A stretch of DNA of 34,584 bases from a virus: positions 1-34,584 of the IMG/VR virus record IMGVR_UViG_3300045988_085215; one strand, written 5' to 3'. Of the stretch, positions 18,663 through 24,702 are shown piece by piece. The notes below the pieces were generated by a model. That model worked only from the letters and a program-made list of their open reading frames with translations, was not told the DNA's origin and ran no database searches. The position numbers and the translations under genes were made by a program. Each line of letters starts with the position of its first letter. Position 1 is the first letter of the stretch.

Positions 18663-18878
18663 ATGAACGAAGCACAAGCAATCTACACTGTAATTATTGG
18701 AGTAGGAGCATTGTCGGGGGTGATTATGCCTGTTATTAAACTAAACAATAGCATTACAAAACTAACAAGCGCTATTGAATACATGGGTACAGACAATAAA
18801 AGACAGGACACACGACTTGACGCGCACTCTAAGGAGTTAGATGACCATGAGCGCAGAATTTCGCACTTAGAAGGATAA
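18663..18878 (+). CDS. XhlA-like membrane protein (lysis accessory)
   Basis: 71 aa with an N-terminal TM helix followed by a coiled coil ending LDDHERRISHLEG, as in XhlA-family proteins. Confidence 0.65.
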   Translation: MNEAQAIYTVIIGVGALSGVIMPVIKLNNSITKLTSAIEYMGTDNKRQDTRLDAHSKELDDHERRISHLEG

Positions 18879-18893
18879 AGGAGGTTTTTTTAT

Positions 18894-19796
18894 ATGGGAT
18901 ATATCTTTAAAACAAATATTGCAAATAGAGCAAACTATGGCAAGAAAAGAAACACGGCTAACATTAAATATCTTGTATATCATTATACAAGCAATGACGG
19001 AGACCATGACGAGGGAAATGGAAACTATTTCCATAACAACGTTGTAAAGGCTAGTGCTCATTATTTTGTGGATGATGATTCCGTTACGCAGTCAGTCTAT
19101 GATGATTATGTAGCATACTCAGTAGGGGGCAAGTGTCAAAGCAACCATCATCCACTTTATAAAATCTGCACTAACTCAAACTCAATTAGTATTGAGATGT
19201 GTGACACCACAAAAGACGGCACTGTAGCCATCTCAGAAGCCACAATGGCAAACGCAATTGAACTCGGCAAGATTATCATGAAGAAATATAACATTCCATT
19301 AGACCGAGTTATTAGACATTACGACGTAAACGGCAAGTTATGCCCAAACTGCAATGACCTATTAAACGACAATACATGGAATGCCTTTAAATCGCGTTTA
19401 AATGGCGTTACAGTGCAGATTCCTAATACTAATACAAATACACCCGTACGCCATGAAACAGCGCCTACAGGGCATAAAAACGGCTATGACGAATGGGTGG
19501 CTCGACTACAAAGAGAATTGAACGCTCAGTTCCATAAAGGACTAGTTGTGGACGGCTTAAGAGGCTCAAAAACCCTTGGCGCTTGTGTAACAGTCAAACG
19601 AGGAGCAAGGGGCAACATCACTCGCCTAATTCAAGAAAGGCTTAATAGCGTAGGCTTTCACATTTCAACAGATGGTATTTTTGGAAGTGGCACTGAAAAA
19701 GCCGTTAAAGTATTCCAAAGAAATAGAGGGCTAAGCGCAGATGGCATTGTAGGACGCAACACGTGGGATTGGTTACTCCGAGGAACAAAAAAATAG
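18894..19796 (+). CDS. endolysin: N-acetylmuramoyl-L-alanine amidase (Amidase_2/PGRP) with two PG_binding_1 repeats
   Basis: YLVYHYTSN...AHYFVDD...RHYDVNGKLCP is an amidase_2 signature. The C-terminal GLVVDGLRGSKTLGA and GLSADGIVGRNTWDWL are peptidoglycan-binding repeats. Confidence 0.9.
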   Translation: MGYIFKTNIANRANYGKKRNTANIKYLVYHYTSNDGDHDEGNGNYFHNNVVKASAHYFVDDDSVTQSVYDDYVAYSVGGKCQSNHHPLYKICTNSNSISIEMCDTTKDGTVAISEATMANAIELGKIIMKKYNIPLDRVIRHYDVNGKLCPNCNDLLNDNTWNAFKSRLNGVTVQIPNTNTNTPVRHETAPTGHKNGYDEWVARLQRELNAQFHKGLVVDGLRGSKTLGACVTVKRGARGNITRLIQERLNSVGFHISTDGIFGSGTEKAVKVFQRNRGLSADGIVGRNTWDWLLRGTKK

Positions 19797-19807
19797 GCAT
19801 AAAAAAA

Positions 19808-19837
19808 GAGGGTTGGCATAAAGTCAACCCCTTTTTA
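19808..19837. terminator. bidirectional rho-independent terminator between convergent modules
   Basis: Stem gggttggc / gtcaaccc with loop ataaa, flanked by an A-run upstream and a T-run downstream. Confidence 0.75.
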
Positions 19838-20080
19838 TTTTACCTCAAAACTTGCGATTTCTTGACAGCCGACAGGTGAACCGTACTCATCATCTAGTTC
19901 TACTTCATGGACTAGTAAATAGTCATATCCCATCAATTTTGCATTGATTTCAGATGCGCCATGGGCAACGCTTCTCGCCCATGCAATCGCTTCACTCATA
20001 TTACTGTATGAGTACAAATCCCAACTTTCAATAACTGCTCCATCTTTTTCTTTTATGGCTTCTACCAAGTATTCCTTCAT
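19835..20080 (-). CDS. hypothetical protein (81 aa)
   Basis: ORF in a minus-strand operon, 12 nt downstream of the 82-aa ORF. No family recognised. Confidence 0.6.
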   Translation of the reverse strand: MKEYLVEAIKEKDGAVIESWDLYSYSNMSEAIAWARSVAHGASEINAKLMGYDYLLVHEVELDDEYGSPVGCQEIASFEVK

Positions 20081-20092
20081 AGTTCATACCAC

Positions 20093-20341
20093 CTAATATA
20101 ATCTCATTCTAGCAACCCATTCATCACGGTCTAGAACTCTTACTTCTTCATAGTTGCAGTAAGGCTCTTTATTTTCCTTTTCCTTTACTGCTCCCATGAA
20201 TTCGAAGGCTTCATGTTTATCATTTGTTTCAAGGATTGGGGCGTATTGTGTAAGATACCCTTCCAAGTCATAACCGATTAACACAACCTCATATCTCATT
20301 GTTCTGTTTTCGTTTTCGTTTTCTTTTCTAATAATTTTCAT
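20093..20341 (-). CDS. hypothetical protein (82 aa)
   Basis: SD aaaaggaga lies upstream (reverse complement of 20345-20353), and a promoter lies directly upstream. Confidence 0.6.
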   Translation of the reverse strand: MKIIRKENENENRTMRYEVVLIGYDLEGYLTQYAPILETNDKHEAFEFMGAVKEKENKEPYCNYEEVRVLDRDEWVARMRLY

Positions 20342-20370
20342 TTTATTCTATCTCCTTTTCTATACTTCTA

Positions 20371-20398
20371 ATTATACTCATTTATATATGTATGTCAA
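20371..20398 (-). promoter_or_regulatory. sigma-A-type promoter (TTGACA-N16-TATAAT)
   Basis: The reverse complement reads ttgacatacatatataaatgagtataat followed by tagaagtatagaaaaggaga. Confidence 0.6.
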
Positions 20399-20401
20399 TA
20401 T

Positions 20402-20920
20402 TTATTTGTTAATTTCCTCAAAAATAATTTGTTTAGCTAGCATATGATGGCATACATAAATACTACTAAATGGAGGGTTGATACTAGGCTTTTGGTCGTC
20501 ATAGTTCTTAAAATAAGATACCCTCTTATTCAAGTATAAGCACTCGAACTCGTTATCCCTAAACATTTCAAATCTTCTTTTACTCTCAAACAAGCCGACT
20601 ACTCCGACAAGCATTGCGAACGGCTTACCAATTTCAAAGAGTCTCTGCAATACCTCCGTTTTGAGGCTATACGGTGGATTAGAAATGATATAGTCACATT
20701 GTGGGGGATTCATTGTGAAGAAGTCCTCTCCGTTGTCTATGTGGCTATAAATGACCTTACAGCCCATATCTCTAAACTCCTTTACAAATAGACTTTGCTC
20801 AGTATCGAAAGGACACCACACAACCGAGCCTTTCTTTACATATTTCTTTATTGGTTCAATGGCATATGATGGGGTGTAGTACTCATCATTCTTGTTTTTT
20901 GCAACCTCAGAAACTATCAT
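20402..20920 (-). CDS. putative N6-adenine DNA methyltransferase (NPPY)
   Basis: 172 aa. Motifs are EYYTP near the N-terminus, VVWCPFD (AdoMet-site-like) and IISNPPYS (motif IV). Confidence 0.65.
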   Translation of the reverse strand: MIVSEVAKNKNDEYYTPSYAIEPIKKYVKKGSVVWCPFDTEQSLFVKEFRDMGCKVIYSHIDNGEDFFTMNPPQCDYIISNPPYSLKTEVLQRLFEIGKPFAMLVGVVGLFESKRRFEMFRDNEFECLYLNKRVSYFKNYDDQKPSINPPFSSIYVCHHMLAKQIIFEEINK

Positions 20921-20921
20921 A

Positions 20922-21104
20922 CTACATCAACTCCCTCTCCATATCTTCTCTAATGAGTTCTAAGATGTAGCCACCCATAGATGGCTTGCTTTCGAGCCAT
21001 TCGAGCACCTCGGGTTCTAGTTTCTTGTTAACTCTAACAGAAACTAACTTTGTATTGTTCTTTATGTACTTTCTAGCGCTTCTCTTTTGACTTTCTGATA
21101 CCAT
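20922..21104 (-). CDS. ribbon-helix-helix (CopG/Arc-like) DNA-binding protein
   Basis: 60 aa from the internal ATG at 21104 (SD aaggaga). KLVSVRVNKKLEPEVLEWLESKPSMGGYILELIREDME fits a beta-strand plus two helices. The longer track start (21170) lacks an SD. Confidence 0.55.
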   Translation of the reverse strand: MVSESQKRSARKYIKNNTKLVSVRVNKKLEPEVLEWLESKPSMGGYILELIREDMERELM

Positions 21105-21108
21105 AATT

Positions 21109-21285
21109 TTACATCTCCTTTTTAATACGTGTACAAATCTCGTCCATGTCACTATCTTGTGAGCATACATTGTACATGCATGTACCGCAGTTTTTAGAGA
21201 AAGGACATTCCGCTTTTGTCACTTCTCTACATTTCTTAAACTTCTTTGACATGTGTTCCATTCTTTCGTTATCAACAATACTCAT
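21109..21285 (-). CDS. Cys-rich small protein (58 aa)
   Basis: Not in the track. Strong SD aaggagg. MSIVDNERMEHMSKKFKKCREVTKAECPFSKNCGTCMYNVCSQDSDMDEICTRIKKEM contains six Cys residues. Confidence 0.55.
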   Translation of the reverse strand: MSIVDNERMEHMSKKFKKCREVTKAECPFSKNCGTCMYNVCSQDSDMDEICTRIKKEM

Positions 21286-21298
21286 TTTTCGTTCCTCC

Positions 21299-21505
21299 TT
21301 AGTCTTCTCTTAAATTGTATCTTCTTGCATATGTTTTATAAACAAGGCTTCTAGTTCTAAAGTCTGCTTCTTCTGTAGCCAACCATTCGTTGGCTTCTTC
21401 CATGCTTTCAAACTTTCTTGAGTACCCTGTTAGTCTCCCAAAATTGAACTTTTCAGATACTCCGTAAATATAACCGTTCTTTTTGAAATAATTTGTTGCT
21501 TTCAT
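21299..21505 (-). CDS. hypothetical protein (68 aa)
   Basis: SD aggagg. It is the first gene after the promoter at 21553-21580. Confidence 0.6.
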   Translation of the reverse strand: MKATNYFKKNGYIYGVSEKFNFGRLTGYSRKFESMEEANEWLATEEADFRTRSLVYKTYARRYNLRED

Positions 21506-21552
21506 AATCTTTCCTCCTAGGGGGTTTACCCTTTTCCTTTTCTACACTTATA

Positions 21553-21580
21553 ATTATACTCGACTTTACAACTATGTCAA
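21553..21580 (-). promoter_or_regulatory. sigma-A-type promoter (TTGACA-N16-TATAAT)
   Basis: The reverse complement reads atatgcttgacatagttgtaaagtcgagtataat followed by tataagtgtagaaaagg. Confidence 0.6.
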
Positions 21581-21631
21581 GCATATTATTAAACTTTTTT
21601 AAGAAAAATAATAAGGAGTGGTTCACACTCC

Positions 21632-21940
21632 CTAAAAAATGAATTGATATCCTTTATACTCATTATTGACCTTTTCAACCTCAGTAGACATTTCAACAAG
21701 TACTTTTGTAAGTCTGCTCATATCCTTAGGGGTTAACCCTACAAGGTTTACAAATGTTAAACGGAACTCTACATCGTAAACTTGATTAATTTTGAAGTTT
21801 TCATTCTTAAGTTGTATTTTAGCAAGTCTATAGCCGAAGCCGTTAGTTATCAATGATGATTCTAACTTGTCGGCTAACTTGTGTTTGATGTCGCTCACTT
21901 CTCTAAAATTTAATGTTTTCAATAATTCTTCATTAGTCAT
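21632..21940 (-). CDS. hypothetical protein (102 aa)
   Basis: SD aaaaaggaga upstream. No family recognised. Confidence 0.6.
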   Translation of the reverse strand: MTNEELLKTLNFREVSDIKHKLADKLESSLITNGFGYRLAKIQLKNENFKINQVYDVEFRLTFVNLVGLTPKDMSRLTKVLVEMSTEVEKVNNEYKGYQFIF

Positions 21941-21957
21941 AATTCTATATCTCCTTT

Positions 21958-22182
21958 TTAATAATATACCTTTTCAAAAAACATTTCTACTAACTTGTCT
22001 AATAGTTCGTTAGTCATTTCAATCTCTAATGCGAATGTTACATGGTTTAGTTCATGCTTTACGCAGTCAACAAAGTATGCGCTACTTCTCATATAATCAA
22101 GGCTTTCAAACTGCACTTGGTTTTTGATATCCATGTTTTCTTGTGTCTTTCTTACGATTTCTTCTAAGTTGATGTTTTCCAT
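21958..22182 (-). CDS. hypothetical protein (74 aa)
   Basis: It is the first ORF after the promoter at 22213-22240. No family recognised. Confidence 0.55.
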   Translation of the reverse strand: MENINLEEIVRKTQENMDIKNQVQFESLDYMRSSAYFVDCVKHELNHVTFALEIEMTNELLDKLVEMFFEKVYY

Positions 22183-22212
22183 ATCTGTATACCTATTTTC
22201 TTTACAACTCTA

Positions 22213-22240
22213 ATTATACTCTATATCTAGCATATGTCAA
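22213..22240 (-). promoter_or_regulatory. sigma-A-type promoter (TTGACA-N16-TATAAT)
   Basis: The reverse complement reads atatgcttgacatatgctagatatagagtataat followed by tagagttgtaaagaaaa. Confidence 0.6.
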
Positions 22241-22268
22241 GCATATTATGAAAGTTTATGAGGGAATT

Positions 22269-22301
22269 TTTACACCACCCTATAGCAATATTTACACCAC
22301 C
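22269..22301. repeat. two 11-bp direct repeats tttacaccacc with a 22-bp period
   Basis: The copies lie at 22269-22279 and 22291-22301, upstream of the -35 of the 22213-22240 promoter. Confidence 0.7.
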
Positions 22302-22420
22302 TTAAAAAGCCCCATATTTAAGCGTGTAAGAGACTTTACTATAAATTTGATAAGTTGCACCTATAAGATATAAACAACGCTCAGAATGGCAGATTTAAAG
22401 AAATAGAGGTATATACGCAA

Positions 22421-22446
22421 TTAAAAAGGTAGGATAGTTCCTACCA
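22421..22446 (-). terminator. rho-independent terminator of rep
   Basis: On the minus strand: ggtagga-acta-tcctacc followed by tttttaa, starting 2 nt after the rep stop codon. Confidence 0.7.
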
Positions 22447-22447
22447 A

Positions 22448-23284
22448 TTATAGGCTTTCTAATAATCTGCCTAATTCATTATGTAAGCCGTTCAGTTCGT
22501 TGCTTTCTTCTTTCTTGTTATCTGCAACCATGAAACGCTTGCCACTACTAAACTTTTTAGGGTCTGTATAGTCAAAACTAAATTTGTAATATTGAACACG
22601 ACCATTCTTTTTTACTTTCTCATACTTGAGATTCTTGATACATTTACACTTTTCATTTAGTTCTTTTATAGCCTTGTTTATTGTATATCTTTCAAAGTCT
22701 GCTCTATTGAAATTTCCATTTGTAGCCATGTATGCTTCCTTTGGAAGTCCGAACATGTCTTTCAGTTGTTTAGTAGAATAATCAATACCCATGAAGTCAA
22801 TATTTGACATTTTCCATTTATCCTTCATCAAGTTCTGATATAACATCATAGAATATTTAGACTTTAAACCTATTAAATCATCATTTAAGAATCTTACGAA
22901 TTTATCCTTCAATTCATATACTAATGGCAAATAGTCGCTATCAAACATAATATAGAAAGTATTTTTTGATAATCTTACTCGTCTAATTATTGAACCACTC
23001 TCGAAGCCGTCTTCACTATTGAATTCTATCTTAGAGTTATCTCTTAGTTTGTCAAGTTCTTTTTTAATTCTAGTATAGCGTCCTGTCTCATTCTCTATAC
23101 CTAAAAAGTTAAATAGTTCCTGTTTGTTGATTGCTACTTCGTCTCTTTCATTTAATCCGTTTCTTAGTGAAGCAATGCTTACATAAAATAATTTTTGTTG
23201 TGTAACACTGAAACGAGTGCTCTTTTTTGCTAGTGTGTTACTCATTGCCACTACTTGATTTTTTAATGTGTTTCTATCTGTCAT
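22448..23284 (-). CDS. plasmid-type replication initiator (Rep_3 / RepB-like)
   Basis: 278 aa. N-terminal VVAMSNTLAKKSTRFSVTQQKLFYVSIASL and central FVRFLNDDLIGLKSKYSMMLYQNLMK match the Rep_3 pattern I recall (N.L...y.L...E, then F..f.l..l..lkSkYs.rlYelL). Iterons lie directly upstream. Confidence 0.75.
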   Translation of the reverse strand: MTDRNTLKNQVVAMSNTLAKKSTRFSVTQQKLFYVSIASLRNGLNERDEVAINKQELFNFLGIENETGRYTRIKKELDKLRDNSKIEFNSEDGFESGSIIRRVRLSKNTFYIMFDSDYLPLVYELKDKFVRFLNDDLIGLKSKYSMMLYQNLMKDKWKMSNIDFMGIDYSTKQLKDMFGLPKEAYMATNGNFNRADFERYTINKAIKELNEKCKCIKNLKYEKVKKNGRVQYYKFSFDYTDPKKFSSGKRFMVADNKKEESNELNGLHNELGRLLESL

Positions 23285-23308
23285 ATATAATCCCTTCTTT
23301 CTGTCTCT

Positions 23309-23337
23309 ATATTAACTCCTATGGCAACAAATGTCAA
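23309..23337 (-). promoter_or_regulatory. rep promoter (TTGACA-N17-TAATAT)
   Basis: The reverse complement reads ttgacatttgttgccataggagttaatat. The iterons begin 14 nt upstream of the -35. Confidence 0.55.
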
Positions 23338-23350
23338 GCCCATATTTAAA

Positions 23351-23415
23351 CAATCTAAACTCCCCATATATGATAATCTAATTTACCCATATAGAATAAT
23401 CTAAACTCCCCATAG
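23351..23415. repeat. three iterons with a 23-24 bp period
   Basis: aatctaaactccccata (23352-23368), aatctaatttacccata (23376-23392) and aatctaaactccccata (23399-23415). Confidence 0.8.
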
Positions 23416-23468
23416 TATCTATATAATCAAATAATTAAAATAAATAATATAAATAATATAAATAAAGA
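23416..23468. repeat. AT-only tract with a 9-bp tandem repeat (candidate DNA unwinding element)
   Basis: About 53 bp with almost no G or C. aaataatat occurs twice, followed by aaataaaga (23442-23468). The tract is adjacent to the iterons. Confidence 0.55.
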
Positions 23469-23539
23469 GGAACTGAAACATATAGAGAGAAAAGAAAAAA
23501 AGTCTTGACTTTAGATATAAATAGTAGTAGTATATATGT

Positions 23540-23640
23540 GTAGTAAGAAAGCAGTACTTACTACTAACTTGATTCGATTCTTTTCATAATCTATCTCCAT
23601 ATTTTTTAGAGGTGTATCAAAAGATACATCTCATTTTTTT
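23540..23640 (+). ncRNA. candidate sRNA, unit A (about 100 nt)
   Basis: Promoter TTGACT (23505-23510)-N17-TAGTAT (23528-23533). 5' stem gtagtaag/cttactac. An anti-SD/anti-start stretch cttttcataatctatctcc. Terminator gaggtgtatc-aaaa-gatacatctc followed by attttttt. Confidence 0.5.
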
Positions 23641-23698
23641 ATTAAGAAGATTTAAAAATGTATTGACTTTTTAACTATTTAGTGGTAGTATTATAAAT

Positions 23699-23810
23699 GT
23701 AGTAAGGGATAAGTACTTGCTACTAGTGATTTTCTAATGTTTTTCATTAATTGATATCTCCTTTCGTCTATAGAATTAGAGGTGTACTATTGTACATCTC
23801 TTTTTCTTTT
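23699..23810 (+). ncRNA. candidate sRNA, unit B (about 110 nt)
   Basis: Promoter TTGACT (23663-23668)-N17-TAGTAT (23686-23691). 5' stem gtagtaag/cttgctac. Stretch tttttcattaattgatatctccttt. Terminator agaggtgtac-tatt-gtacatctct followed by ttttctttt. Confidence 0.5.
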
Positions 23811-23876
23811 GTCTTAAATGCTTAAAATAAGGCTATAGAGAGACAAAACGCTAAACATGAAGAATAACACCAATTA

Positions 23877-23897
23877 TATATAAAAGTCGCTTAGAAT
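23877..23897. repeat. 21-bp exact direct repeat, copy 1 (tatataaaagtcgcttagaat)
   Basis: Identical to 24138-24158. A diverged copy lies at 22367-22389. Confidence 0.9.
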
Positions 23898-24137
23898 GGC
23901 TATAATGAGCAAATAAGGCTATATCTGTTTATATTATTAGTTTATGAATGTAGGTCTATCAACTAAACACGCCAAGGCGTAGCCTTAGAGACCATTACTG
24001 ATAATAAAATTAGAACACTAATATAGATGATTAAATGAGCGTAGCGCAGATAGACAAAGAAAGAGGGATAAGGCGCGCCACGGCTCAAAAATGGACGTAT
24101 GAGCGACGTTTACGCCTAATAGGTAATTTACCACGGT

Positions 24138-24158
24138 TATATAAAAGTCGCTTAGAAT
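24138..24158. repeat. 21-bp exact direct repeat, copy 2
   Basis: Identical to 23877-23897. The two copies bracket a 240-bp segment that contains a GC-rich island. Confidence 0.9.
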
Positions 24159-24250
24159 CGAAATTTAGGGCTATTTAGAGTGTATAAAAAAGTTATGGAG
24201 GATTTTAATTTGCACTAGACAAGTTATAAAATATATGCTAGTATATATGT

Positions 24251-24358
24251 GTACTAAGAGAACTTAGTACTTTGGTTGTTTGTTTTTTTCATTAGTATTT
24301 CGTCTCCTTTCTTATATCTTAAAGGAAGAACCCTTCGCAATGTCGGAGGGTTTTTCTT
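24251..24358 (+). ncRNA. candidate sRNA, unit C (about 105 nt)
   Basis: Promoter TAGACA (24216-24221)-N17-TAGTAT (24239-24244). 5' stem gtactaag-agaa-cttagtac. Stretch tttttttcattagtatttcgtctccttt. Terminator cccttcg-caatgt-cggaggg followed by tttttcttttt. Confidence 0.5.
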
Positions 24359-24385
24359 TTTGCTTAAGAATATTCATATTTATGC

Positions 24386-24414
24386 TTGACTATGATATAA
24401 ATGTGAGGTAGTAT
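24386..24414 (+). promoter_or_regulatory. early promoter TTGACT-N17-TAGTAT (fourth copy of the sRNA-type promoter)
   Basis: ttgactatgatataaatgtgaggtagtat. The predicted start site is only about 9 nt before the TTG start at 24430. Confidence 0.55.
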
Positions 24415-24429
24415 GTAAGTGCAAAAGGC

Positions 24430-24702
24430 TTGACATTAGAAGAAGCCTATATCTTAGGACGTGTAAAAGCATTTTCAGATGAACATCTTATTTATCGTGA
24501 AACTAATGAATCTATTGCTAAGGCAATTGGTAAAAGCGTAAAATCTGTTAAAAATTGGATTAATAGCCTTGTTAAAAAAGGATATTTACGTAAGGAACAT
24601 CAAGGAAGATGTAGAATGCTATATTCAACAGACAAAAAGGGACTGACTGAAAATATTGAAAATTGGAGAAAAAAAACACATGAATCATTTAAAAAAAATT
24701 GA
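24430..24702 (+). CDS. winged-helix/HTH DNA-binding protein (90 aa), possibly replication-associated
   Basis: TTG start with a very short leader. ESIAKAIGKSVKSVKNWINSLVKKGYLRK looks like an HTH plus wing. The gene lies upstream of the helicase gene. Confidence 0.5.
   Translation: MTLEEAYILGRVKAFSDEHLIYRETNESIAKAIGKSVKSVKNWINSLVKKGYLRKEHQGRCRMLYSTDKKGLTENIENWRKKTHESFKKN

Noticed and set aside
23416-23468. The short tandem repeats and iterons were considered as a possible CRISPR array.
   Set aside because: The repeat units are 9-17 bp and AT-only or iteron-like, with no 25-40 bp repeat/spacer alternation. There are no cas genes.
23564-24292. The minus-strand mini-ORFs opposite the sRNA cassettes, interpreted as type I toxin-antitoxin loci.
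   Set aside because: The peptides are 7, 18 and 12 aa and polar rather than hydrophobic. No minus-strand promoter is visible, and the three peptides are not conserved with each other beyond MK. The idea is kept only as a remote alternative.
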